From positions 419,247 through 483,246 of the forward strand of contig CP174359.1 of NCBI GenBank assembly GCA_045401115.1: a stretch of 64,000 nt of DNA, in the 5' to 3' direction. The notes below the pieces were generated by a model. The model was not told the DNA's origin, did no database searches, and saw nothing but the letters and a program-made list of their open reading frames with translations. Shown here one piece after another: positions 27,743-35,884 of the stretch (position 1 is the stretch's first letter; each line of letters begins with the position of its first letter). Source of the DNA: Candidatus Phycocordibacter aenigmaticus (GTDB taxonomy: Bacteria > Patescibacteriota > Minisyncoccia > Phycocordibacterales > Phycocordibacteraceae). The translations under genes and the position numbers were made by a program.

Positions 27743-28252
27743 GTGGTAGTCTGCATTGATATGACAGACGTAGTGTATGTAAATAAGGACGACGAGGTGA
27801 TAGGAGGTGGTTCTATTTCCGATGGAGTCATGCAGGGGGTGGTGTTTCGTGCATCTCGTGTGCTCCTTATTAATGAACACGGTGAAGCGCTCCTGCAACA
27901 ACGTTCGTCAGATATGCTTTTGTATCCGTCGCGATGGAATGAATCAGCCACAGGACATGTTGATGTCGGCGAAGAATATATTGACGCAGCAGCCCGTGAG
28001 CTACAAGAAGAAATTAGCGTATCCGATATAATACTTACTGAACTAGGAACATTTTTTGCTGAAGAGATTGCCCCAGAAGGATTGCCGCGATACAGCTTTA
28101 ACCGTTTGTATGTCGGTGTGTATCCTGAAACAATGCTACCCTCAGTGGATCCTAAAGAAGTAGCACAAGTCCGTTGGGTTCCCTTTGACGAACTCGCTAC
28201 ATGGATTAATGAAAAACCGGAAGATTTCCCCCAGCGGCAGTGCAAAGCTTGA
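27743..28252 (+). CDS. NUDIX hydrolase
   Basis: Nudix box GHVDVGEEYIDAAARELQEEISV. Confidence 0.7.
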   Translation: MVVCIDMTDVVYVNKDDEVIGGGSISDGVMQGVVFRASRVLLINEHGEALLQQRSSDMLLYPSRWNESATGHVDVGEEYIDAAARELQEEISVSDIILTELGTFFAEEIAPEGLPRYSFNRLYVGVYPETMLPSVDPKEVAQVRWVPFDELATWINEKPEDFPQRQCKA

Positions 28253-28319
28253 AACTCTTTTTTGATTCACTTAATAGCTAAGGGCATGGGCAGGTTCCTG
28301 ACTCTGTTATACTACCGAT

Positions 28320-29381
28320 ATGTCAAAAGCAGGGGATGAAGCACATACTCATGGTGGGGCACTGTATCGGAAATACCGACCGCAGAGTTTTGACGATGTG
28401 CTCGGTCAAGACCATGTAGTCACCGCACTCAACGGTGCGCTTAAGGAAAATAACGTAGGACATGCCTATTTGTTTTACGGCTCACGCGGTACGGGAAAAA
28501 CTTCAGTAGCGCGTATTTTTGCACGTGCTCTCGGGGCTACAGACGCTGATATTCATGAAATTGACGCGGCAAGTTACACCGGTGTTGACCATATACGTGA
28601 ATTACGCGACGAGGTACAAGTCATGCCATTTGCGTCAAAAAAGAAAGTGTATATTGTCGACGAGGTGCACATGCTCTCGAAGGCGGCGTTCAACGCCTTT
28701 TTGAAGACGCTTGAGGAGCCACCTGAGTATGTGGTCTTTATTTTGGCAACAACCGAACTTGAAAAAGTTCCCGACACCATCCAATCACGGTGCCAGGTGT
28801 TTACCTTTAAGAAACCCACCACAAAAGTGGTGAGCGAGATGGTAACACGTGTAGCGAAGGCGGAAGGCTTTACCCTTGAAGCACCTGCAGCAGAACTTAT
28901 TGCCTTGCTCGCGGGCGGCTCATTCCGCGATGCGCAAAGTGTGTTGCAAAAGGTGCTTATTTCCTCAGAAGATAAAAAGGTCACCACTGACGAGGTTGAA
29001 GCCGTAACTGGCGCGCCCAAAAGTGAACTAGTACGCCGTGTACTTGAAGCATTGGCTCATGGTGACACAAAAGATGCACTTGCAGCAGTCGGTGAGGGAG
29101 TATCGGCGAATGCGGATATGAATTTATTCCTTACTCTTCTTTTGGAGCGCACCCGTCTTGCACTACTCCTTCGCTACTCCAGTGAGTTAGGTGAGACGCT
29201 AATTGTTGACTTACCGGAGGCAGAACAGCAAGGACTGCGCGCGCTCGCTGAGGACAAAGAATCAAAACTAAATTCAGAGACACTTAAGAAGCTTATTGAG
29301 GCGTCTATTGCGACTGGGCGCGCGGCGGTGCCGCATTTGCCACTTGAGGTCGCGATACTAGAATTAGTAGGTGGAAAGTAG
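28320..29381 (+). CDS. dnaX: DNA polymerase III subunit gamma/tau (short form)
   Basis: AAA+ clamp-loader motifs HAYLFYGSRGTGKTS, DEVHMLS, SRCQVF sensor; 353 aa. Confidence 0.75.
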   Translation: MSKAGDEAHTHGGALYRKYRPQSFDDVLGQDHVVTALNGALKENNVGHAYLFYGSRGTGKTSVARIFARALGATDADIHEIDAASYTGVDHIRELRDEVQVMPFASKKKVYIVDEVHMLSKAAFNAFLKTLEEPPEYVVFILATTELEKVPDTIQSRCQVFTFKKPTTKVVSEMVTRVAKAEGFTLEAPAAELIALLAGGSFRDAQSVLQKVLISSEDKKVTTDEVEAVTGAPKSELVRRVLEALAHGDTKDALAAVGEGVSANADMNLFLTLLLERTRLALLLRYSSELGETLIVDLPEAEQQGLRALAEDKESKLNSETLKKLIEASIATGRAAVPHLPLEVAILELVGGK

Positions 29382-29558
29382 TAGATGGAAGGTGGGAGCT
29401 TCGCTTGAAATTAAAGAAGAATTTGGACAGACACTAAAATAGTGTATATTCTAGAACAGGTCTAATGGCGAGGTTGCTTGCAGTGTTAGCCTATTCAATG
29501 AGGTCCAAGAATTTCTTGGATACCCAGTAGGTATATTGTATAGTTCTAAAGTATTCAA

Positions 29559-29629
29559 TCCGGGATCGTCTAATGGCAGGACGCTTGGTTTTGGTCCAAG
29601 AAATTGGGGTTCGAGTCCCTGTCCCGGAA
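29559..29629 (+). tRNA. tRNA-Gln (anticodon TTG)
   Basis: Acceptor TCCGGGA/TCCCGGA, D-arm GTCTAATGGCAGGAC, anticodon stem CTTGG/CCAAG loop TTTTGGT, T-loop TTCGAGT. Confidence 0.7.
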
Positions 29630-29681
29630 CTAGGTTACGTTACACACCCGATACGAGAGTATCGGGTGTTTACGTACACCT

Positions 29682-29844
29682 TTCCGGGACAGGGACTCGA
29701 AAGACGGAAGCGCAGGGCTCCCGTTGTGCTGAGTTATATGCACAATGGGAACGCTGAGTCCGGGCAGGAGGTCGTTATGAGTTTTCATGCCGGCAGGCAG
29801 GCAAAACGAATTACGAACCTGACGCCGAGTCCCTGTCCCGGAAC
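29682..29844 (+). repeat. tRNA-3'-associated structured element, family A (copy A2, at tRNA-Gln); hairpin terminator 29845..29880
   Basis: Begins TTCCGGGACAGGGACTCGAA = exact reverse complement of tRNA-Gln 3' end; core AGACGGAAGCG..hairpin..GAGTCCGGGCAGGAGGTCGTTATG..CGAATTACGAACCTGACGCCGAG; ends GAGTCCCTGTCCCGGAAC (direct copy from mid T-loop). Confidence 0.55.
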
Positions 29845-29912
29845 TAGAAAGAAAAGCCGCTTTCAGCGGCTTTTCTTAGTTCCGGAGACAAGAACGGTGC
29901 CTGCGCACCGTT

Positions 29913-30051
29913 CGGGGGACTCGAACCGCCGGAGGCATGTCGCGCGCAGCGGAGCGAGCACGAAGCCGAGGCGTGGCCCGCGGTCGTTATGAATATTTTC
30001 TGAAAGAAAATATGAATTACGAACCATCAGGCTCTAGCCCTGTCCCGGAAC
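29913..30051 (+). repeat. tRNA-3'-associated structured element, family A (copy A3, tandem to A2, more diverged); two terminators 30054..30082 and 30088..30120
   Basis: Begins GGGGGACTCGAACC, contains GCCGGAGGC.., GGTCGTTATG, ..GAATTACGAACC.., ends CCCTGTCCCGGAAC direct copy. Confidence 0.5.
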
Positions 30052-30243
30052 AAAATAAACGGCTCACCCAGGTGAGCCGTTCTTTGCTAAACGGCTCAGT
30101 GCACTGAGCTGTTTATTTTTTAAATAAAAATCAAAAATGTGATGCTTTAAAGAAAGAGATTTTTGAGGTGGCTGGGTTACCTCTAAAAACAGTGCCAGTT
30201 GGGTCGAATTTTGCGTTAGCGATCAATGAAATTGTGGGGTAAC

Positions 30244-30271
30244 TTGAACCTTGAGGGGAAGAGCGTATAAT
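30244..30271 (+). promoter_or_regulatory. sigma70-like promoter of islet gene 30280 (-35 TTGAAC, 16-nt spacer, -10 TATAAT), near-leaderless
   Basis: TTGAAC at 30244-30249, TATAAT at 30266-30271, ATG at 30280. Confidence 0.4.
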
Positions 30272-30279
30272 TTAACTCA

Positions 30280-30765
30280 ATGGACACACTTCTAAAACAA
30301 CTTACCTCATACAATCTATTCAACTACCTCTTACCGGGGGTGCTCTTTGCGGTTTTCATGGAATTTTTTACTCCATATTCATTTGCAGACCTTCATCCAA
30401 TAATTACGGCACTTATCTACTATTTTACAGGCATGGTCATAAGTCGTATCGGCTCACTTATTGTGGAGCCGTTTTTAAAATGGATTAAGTTTGTTAAATT
30501 TGCAGACCATAAAGATTTTGTAATTGCATCTCTAAAAAACTCAAAAATTGAAGTACTTTCAGAGGCTAACAACACTTACCGCACTCTCACCGCACTTTTT
30601 TTGGTGATGTTGCTAATAAAATTATACGAGTCACTGGCAAGCGTGTTTTCTGTGTTGTCTAACGGTACCGTACTCCCGCTTCTTTTATTGTTCGGAGTTT
30701 TTCTTTTTTCGTACAGAAAACAAACTGAATATATTACAAGTACAATAGAGGCAACTAAAGTATGA
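30280..30765 (+). CDS. hypothetical integral membrane protein (about 4 TM), first gene of AT-rich islet
   Basis: 161 aa, four hydrophobic segments; low GC relative to flanks; stop overlaps next start (ATGA). Confidence 0.5.
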   Translation: MDTLLKQLTSYNLFNYLLPGVLFAVFMEFFTPYSFADLHPIITALIYYFTGMVISRIGSLIVEPFLKWIKFVKFADHKDFVIASLKNSKIEVLSEANNTYRTLTALFLVMLLIKLYESLASVFSVLSNGTVLPLLLLFGVFLFSYRKQTEYITSTIEATKV

Positions 30766-31853
30766 GCGATTTTTACGAAGTAGACCTCTTTAAGGTTGGA
30801 AACGGAAAAAGCGGTGATGCGATTTGTTTAAGGTATCAGCGAGAAGCGGACGAGCATATAACAATCCATGTAGTGGATGGGGGTTATGTTGAAAATGCAG
30901 ATGAATTTGTTGCACACATTAACTCACATTATGGAGACCCTCAGCGTATCGAACATGTGGTACTTACACATCCGGACGGTGATCATGCCGGGGGGCTCAG
31001 AAAAATTCTCGAAGAATTTGAAGTTGGCACACTATGGGTGAACCGACCTTGGAACCATGTCGCGGATTTGTTACCACGTTTCGATTATCCATATACACCA
31101 GATGGTCTCGTGCAAAGATTAAAAAAAGATTTTTCTCATACCGCTACTTTAGAAAAAATAGCTCAAGAGAAAGGGATTGAGATTAGAGATGCATTTCAAG
31201 GACAAGAAATCGGAGCGTTTAAAGTTCTTTCTCCCACGCGTTCCTTCTATTTAGATCTTGTTATTGAATCAGAAAAGACACCAGAGGCTGAACGTGAAGC
31301 GTCAATCGTAGGAAAGGTTTATGAGGCAGTGCATGAAGTAATCGGCAAAGTGGCTTCTTTGTGGGGAGTAGAGAACCTAAAAGGTGACTCAGTCGGCACA
31401 AGTGCTGAGAATGAAATGAGTATTGTACAACTCGCAAATTTAAGTAATGAAAAAATTCTCTTAACTGGCGATGCAGGAGTACGTGCTCTAGGTTTAGCGT
31501 ATGACTATGTTCGTGGAATTGGAATTCCGCTACCTGGTATTGATAAATTTCAAGTACCCCATCATGGCTCAAGAAGAAACCTTTCAACAGAAATATTAGA
31601 CCAATGGCTTGGGGAAAGATTACCGGATATGCCCACACCTGAACAACAAACCATAGCAGCTATGATTTCTGCTCATGAAGATGATCCGGCTCATCCTAAA
31701 AATGCTGTGGTACGCGCAATGTGGCATAGGGGTGCCGGTGTAGGTTCAACCGAGAATCAAGAATTTCTTTACTGGAAACCAGACGGACAACCTAATCGTC
31801 CTGGTTGCGGGCCGGTTGCAGGCCTACCGTATCCTAACGATATGGAAGAATAA
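30762..31853 (+). CDS. standalone ComEC/Rec2-type metallo-beta-lactamase-fold hydrolase (COG2333-like)
   Basis: MBL motifs VLTHPDGDHAGG (HxHxDH variant as in ComEC C-domain), later VPHHGSRRN (ComEC PHHGS motif). Confidence 0.55.
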   Translation: MSDFYEVDLFKVGNGKSGDAICLRYQREADEHITIHVVDGGYVENADEFVAHINSHYGDPQRIEHVVLTHPDGDHAGGLRKILEEFEVGTLWVNRPWNHVADLLPRFDYPYTPDGLVQRLKKDFSHTATLEKIAQEKGIEIRDAFQGQEIGAFKVLSPTRSFYLDLVIESEKTPEAEREASIVGKVYEAVHEVIGKVASLWGVENLKGDSVGTSAENEMSIVQLANLSNEKILLTGDAGVRALGLAYDYVRGIGIPLPGIDKFQVPHHGSRRNLSTEILDQWLGERLPDMPTPEQQTIAAMISAHEDDPAHPKNAVVRAMWHRGAGVGSTENQEFLYWKPDGQPNRPGCGPVAGLPYPNDMEE

Positions 31854-31857
31854 GTTT

Positions 31858-32856
31858 ATGGGTGTAGTTCACTTTTTAAACGTTAAGGATGGAGATTGTC
31901 ATGTTATTCAACATCCGTTAGGTCACGTTTCTGTTATTGATGTATGCAATGCATATTTAGATTATGAAACTACAGAGACAGAAGGAGTGGATTTTTCTGC
32001 AAAATCTTTGGGTGTCTCTGGCAATTTTAATCAAAAGGCAAATCCAGAGAATCCAATTGATTACTTAGAGAATCAAGGTATTTCTTCAGTATTTCGCTTC
32101 ATTCTCACGCATCCAGACATGGACCACATGGATGGAATTGAAGATTTCTTTGATGAATTTCCCCCTACTAACTTCTGGGATACTGAAAACTCAAAAGAAA
32201 TTATAGATTTTAAAAAGAAGTATAAAGAATCTGACTGGGACTTCTATAAGTCTTTAAGAGATAACAATGGTGATAACATTACAAAACGTCTGACATTGTA
32301 TGCTGGGGCAAGAAATAAATTTTTTAATAGAAACGAAGATGGAAATGGTGGGGGTGATGGGTTACATGTACTTTCACCAACTCCTGAATTAATAAATCAA
32401 GCAAACGACAAAGAAGATTGGAATGATTCATCTTATGTCATCCTTTACCGAACCGGTGCTCGAAAGATTCTATTCACAGGCGATTCACACGATAGCACTT
32501 GGGAGCATATATTAGAAAATTATGAAAACGATGTAAAAGATATAGATGTTTTAATGGCACCACATCACGGACGTGATTCAAACCGTAATTATGATTTTCT
32601 TGATGTGGTAAATCCGAAATTAACCCTGTTTGGTAATGCAAAATCAAAGCATTTAGCTTATGATAAATGGAGTAATAGAGGGTTAAAATATATTACTAAT
32701 AATCAGGCTGGGACAATAATTCTTAACCCAGATGGAAGCGATTTCGAAGTTTATGTTACGTGCAAAGCTTTTGCAGAAGCGTATGCCACTCAAGAAAGAA
32801 GAAATACATTTTTTTATGATAAACACTCAGCTTGGTATTTAATGGATATTATCTAA
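31858..32856 (+). CDS. standalone ComEC/Rec2-type MBL-fold hydrolase, paralog of preceding gene (very AT-rich)
   Basis: ILTHPDMDHMDGI and MAPHHGRDSNRN motifs; ORF-track start 31816 overlaps upstream gene, ATG at 31858 with RBS more plausible. Confidence 0.55.
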   Translation: MGVVHFLNVKDGDCHVIQHPLGHVSVIDVCNAYLDYETTETEGVDFSAKSLGVSGNFNQKANPENPIDYLENQGISSVFRFILTHPDMDHMDGIEDFFDEFPPTNFWDTENSKEIIDFKKKYKESDWDFYKSLRDNNGDNITKRLTLYAGARNKFFNRNEDGNGGGDGLHVLSPTPELINQANDKEDWNDSSYVILYRTGARKILFTGDSHDSTWEHILENYENDVKDIDVLMAPHHGRDSNRNYDFLDVVNPKLTLFGNAKSKHLAYDKWSNRGLKYITNNQAGTIILNPDGSDFEVYVTCKAFAEAYATQERRNTFFYDKHSAWYLMDII

Positions 32857-32926
32857 TTTCAGATACCAGTGGGATGGATTTGAGAGGTATAATAAGCCCT
32901 AACATCGTCCCAGACAGTTAAACAAG

Positions 32927-32952
32927 AAAAAAGCCGCTTTCAGCGGCTTTTT
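32927..32952. terminator. bidirectional terminator AAAAAAGCCGCTTTCAGCGGCTTTTT (same hairpin core as at 29851..29875)
   Basis: Perfect GCCGC-TTTCA-GCGGC hairpin with A/T tails between convergent genes. Confidence 0.65.
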
Positions 32953-32973
32953 AAATTAAGCATTTTTTCTTAC

Positions 32974-34254
32974 TTACCTCTTTGGCACAAACGTCAATGC
33001 TTTTCCTTGTTTATCGCCACGGCCGGTGCGGCCAATGCGGTGTACGTAATCCTCGAACGTACCAGGTAGGTCATAGTTAATCACGTGTGACACTTGCTCT
33101 ACGTGGATACCACGCGCCGCAACGTCAGTCGCAACCAAGACACGTGCTTCACCGCTCTTAAAGCGTGAGAGCGCGTTCTGTCGTTGCCCGTGAGTTTTAT
33201 TTCCATGAATTGCTGTTGCGGAAATACCCGAGTCTGAGAGTTGCTGAGCAATTTTCTGTACACTATGTTTCATTGCGCCGAATATGAGTACACGCTTGAG
33301 TTCAGGATCCTTGAGAAGGTTAGTGAGTGTCCCAAATTTATCAGCTTGGAGGTAGTGTACGACGTCTTGTTCAATGCTCTGTGTAATGTCGTTTTTCTTA
33401 ACCGACACCGTAACAGGATCTTTGAGGAAATCGTCTGTTAATTTCTTGGTTTTTACGTCAAAGGTCGCTGAGAAGAAGAGTGTCTCTCTTTCTTTTGGAA
33501 TCTCTGAGATGATTTTCTTAATATCGGTAATGAATCCCATATCAAGCATACGGTCAGCTTCGTCCAGTACAACGGTTGTAATGTACTGTGGCTTGAGTGC
33601 TCCTCTTTTAATGAGGTCAAGGATACGCCCCGGTGTTCCGATAACAAAATCGTTAGGACGACTCACCGCACGAAGCTGTGGGCGAATATCAACACCGCCG
33701 ACACACATTGCTGAGAAGATACGGAAACATGAAGAGAGTTTCTGTAGTTCGTCTCGAATTTGAACAGCAAGTTCACGTGTAGGCGCAATAATGAGTGTTT
33801 GCCGATTTTGGTCTTTGAGCGCTTTTTCAATAAGCGGTATCAAGAACGCAGCTGTTTTACCGGTGCCGGTTTCTGCTAAACCAATAACGTCCTGGCCTTT
33901 AAGAATAGTAGGGATGATTTGGTCTTGAATAGGCGTTGGTTTGGTCATACCAAGTTTCACAATATGATCCGCAAACTTTTTGTTGATTCCAATATTTTCA
34001 AAAGAGTGCTCTGGCACATACTCCTCTTGTACTACTTTTTTAGGGTTGGTGTTAATAAAGTTGGCTGGGTTGAATGTAGGCATTTTACGGCCGCCACGAG
34101 CACCGCCGCGTGCGCCACCACGAAAGCCGCCACGAGCGGGTCCACGGGAAGGTCCACGAGAACCACCACCTGATCGTGATGATGAATGAAACGGTTTACG
34201 TTTTTGAGATGAATAAGGCGCACCTCGACGCTGTCGATTATTATTTGTATTCAT
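32974..34254 (-). CDS. DEAD-box ATP-dependent RNA helicase with N-terminal RGG-rich tail
   Basis: Q-motif, AETGTGKT, DEAD (VLDEADRMLDMGF), SAT, HRIGRTGR; N-terminus GGSRGPSRGPARGGFRGGARGG. Confidence 0.85.
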   Translation of the reverse strand: MNTNNNRQRRGAPYSSQKRKPFHSSSRSGGGSRGPSRGPARGGFRGGARGGARGGRKMPTFNPANFINTNPKKVVQEEYVPEHSFENIGINKKFADHIVKLGMTKPTPIQDQIIPTILKGQDVIGLAETGTGKTAAFLIPLIEKALKDQNRQTLIIAPTRELAVQIRDELQKLSSCFRIFSAMCVGGVDIRPQLRAVSRPNDFVIGTPGRILDLIKRGALKPQYITTVVLDEADRMLDMGFITDIKKIISEIPKERETLFFSATFDVKTKKLTDDFLKDPVTVSVKKNDITQSIEQDVVHYLQADKFGTLTNLLKDPELKRVLIFGAMKHSVQKIAQQLSDSGISATAIHGNKTHGQRQNALSRFKSGEARVLVATDVAARGIHVEQVSHVINYDLPGTFEDYVHRIGRTGRGDKQGKALTFVPKR

Positions 34255-34455
34255 TTTTTTATAGTTAACAAACCTCAGTTACGAGGTGTGCAGGTTGAAA
34301 AATCAAACGTAGTCAGATAGAAAGTTTGAGGCTAGTGAGCCCCACACGAGTATCAAAAGCGTGTGTGTATAATAGTATATTTACGATTTTTGTCAATCTA
34401 CTATTTTTGATCCTCGGAAGAGGGTGTACACAATGCATATTTTAAAAAGTGACAT

Positions 34456-34485
34456 ATAAACGGCTCATTCCATTGAGCCGTTTAT
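34456..34485. terminator. terminator hairpin of AAACGGCTCA..TGAGCCGTTT family
   Basis: ATAAACGGCTCATTCCATTGAGCCGTTTAT. Confidence 0.6.
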
Positions 34486-34572
34486 ATTTATAGAGAAGTA
34501 TAGGGACCTATCCACTTTACAAGGAATATATTTTAAATCAGAAGTTGGTTGCTATAGTACACTATAAAAGAT

Positions 34573-34776
34573 ATGGATATAGAATTTATCAGCAGTACGT
34601 TTGAGGTAATAGGTACAGTGCTTATTGCGCTCGCTGCACTTCGCGTACACCACCGTGTACTCCACGACCATCGTATTTCAGACAGCGTATCGAAAGTCAT
34701 GCGTTTTGAGCAAAAGTTAGGCATTTTGGGAATACTCCTTGTTCTGCTTGGGTATGCGTTGAGTATCGTGTTCTAA
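34573..34776 (+). CDS. small two-TM hypothetical membrane protein
   Basis: 67-aa ORF with two hydrophobic helices in 680-nt divergent intergenic region; unsupported by homology. Confidence 0.25.
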   Translation: MDIEFISSTFEVIGTVLIALAALRVHHRVLHDHRISDSVSKVMRFEQKLGILGILLVLLGYALSIVF

Positions 34777-34880
34777 CGTATACCTAACTTGTTTAGTGTC
34801 TAAACCGTAGTGGGGCACTACATCTTCAGTGTGTGCATCTATACGATTGATGTTTATCCACATATAATCTGTAAAACTTC

Positions 34881-34940
34881 TTTACACTGTTTACACCCAC
34901 AAGGTACTATAGAAACATAGCAATAACACTATGTTCTATG
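34881..34940 (+). promoter_or_regulatory. putative lexA promoter (-35 TTTACA, -10 TACTAT) with Cheo-like palindrome TAGAAACATAG-N10-CTATGTTCTA overlapping lexA start
   Basis: Palindrome 34910..34938 has GAAC/GTTC half-sites like the Gram-positive SOS box; it sits between the -10 element and the ATG. Confidence 0.4.
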
Positions 34941-35585
34941 CACGACACACAAGCAAAACTTCTCACCCTTATTCGTCAAAATAAAAATCTCGGCAGGCAG
35001 AGCCTCCGTCAAATTGCCAGCTTTATTGATGCCGAAGGAAAACCACAGGTAGTAAAGTATCACTTACGTAAACTTGAAGAGGCAGGGTTGATTCAGCTGA
35101 ACTTAGCAAAAGGTATTATTAAACCAGTCCAGAAAGGAGTAACTGGAAAAGTGCGCAGTTTGTTCTTTTCACTACCTATTGTGGGTGCGGCGAATTGTGG
35201 CCCCGCGACGGTCTTTGCCGATGAGCGTATTGAGGGGTATCTCAAAGTCTCAACAAACATGCTTCCACACCGAAAGAATGATCTGTATGTACTAGTGGCG
35301 GACGGTCCTTCTATGAATAAGGCTGAGGTTCACGACGGAGTAACTATTGAAAATGGTGATTTTGTCGTAGTAGATAGCAAAGCTAAAAACCCTAAGAACG
35401 GTGATATCGTAGTTGCCGTTATAGATGGTATGGCTACTATCAAGCGCTATACAATTGACCGGGTGAATAACTGTATTGTATTGAATGCTGAGTCAACAGA
35501 GAAGTATCACCCAGTGTATTTACATAGTGGTGACGATTTTACTATCTCCGGCAAGGTGATTGATGTCATTAAAAAAAGCACATAA
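34938..35585 (+). CDS. lexA: LexA repressor (S24 peptidase)
   Basis: N-terminal winged HTH, Ala-Gly cleavage site (VGAANCGP), catalytic Ser (GPSM) and Lys (ATIKRY). Confidence 0.8.
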   Translation: MHDTQAKLLTLIRQNKNLGRQSLRQIASFIDAEGKPQVVKYHLRKLEEAGLIQLNLAKGIIKPVQKGVTGKVRSLFFSLPIVGAANCGPATVFADERIEGYLKVSTNMLPHRKNDLYVLVADGPSMNKAEVHDGVTIENGDFVVVDSKAKNPKNGDIVVAVIDGMATIKRYTIDRVNNCIVLNAESTEKYHPVYLHSGDDFTISGKVIDVIKKST

Positions 35586-35596
35586 ACATTCATTAC

Positions 35597-35884
35597 ATGG
35601 CGGTGGGTGAATATCATATAGAGGTAGAAGAGATTGAGCCGTTCCCTGAGGCACTCTTTCGAGTAACAGTGCGTGCTGAAGATGCTACGACTGAACATAT
35701 GGTGACACTCGATTGGGCATACTTTACAAAACTGCGAGGTGATAGGGAGGTCGAGGCATTTATACAAGATTCTTTTATGTTTTTACTTGAGCGTGAAGCG
35801 CCAAGTGCGATTCTGTCTCAGTTCAATATGCGTACCGTTGTCACTTATTTTCCCGAATATGAAAAAAATATCGCAAAAAAATAA
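35597..35884 (+). CDS. hypothetical acidic protein (95 aa)
   Basis: ORF 12 nt after lexA stop; no recognised domain; 3' end overlaps next frame in an A-rich tract. Confidence 0.35.
   Translation: MAVGEYHIEVEEIEPFPEALFRVTVRAEDATTEHMVTLDWAYFTKLRGDREVEAFIQDSFMFLLEREAPSAILSQFNMRTVVTYFPEYEKNIAKK

Noticed and set aside
27592-28245. ORF 27592..28245 (-, 217 aa) and 27668..27901 (-)
   Set aside because: Antisense to the NUDIX gene and the 3' end of the aaRS-like gene. Ser/Thr/Cys-rich nonsense composition.
29573-29992. ORF 29573..29992 (139 aa) and ORF 29536..29757
   Set aside because: They run straight through tRNA-Gln, the two family-A elements and their terminators. Composition is Arg/Pro-rich as expected from GC-rich RNA sequence, and there is no coding signal.
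29851-32952. Identical 15-nt hairpin cores GCCGCTTTCAGCGGC at 29856 and 32931 as possible att-like direct repeats bounding the islet
   Set aside because: They may simply be two members of a common terminator hairpin type in this genome. Kept only as supporting context, not called as att sites.
35739-35858. ORF-track start of the DUF1905-like gene at 35739
   Set aside because: The upstream extension overlaps the preceding ORF and lacks RBS. ATG at 35859 begins the conserved domain. Hence the coordinates were trimmed.
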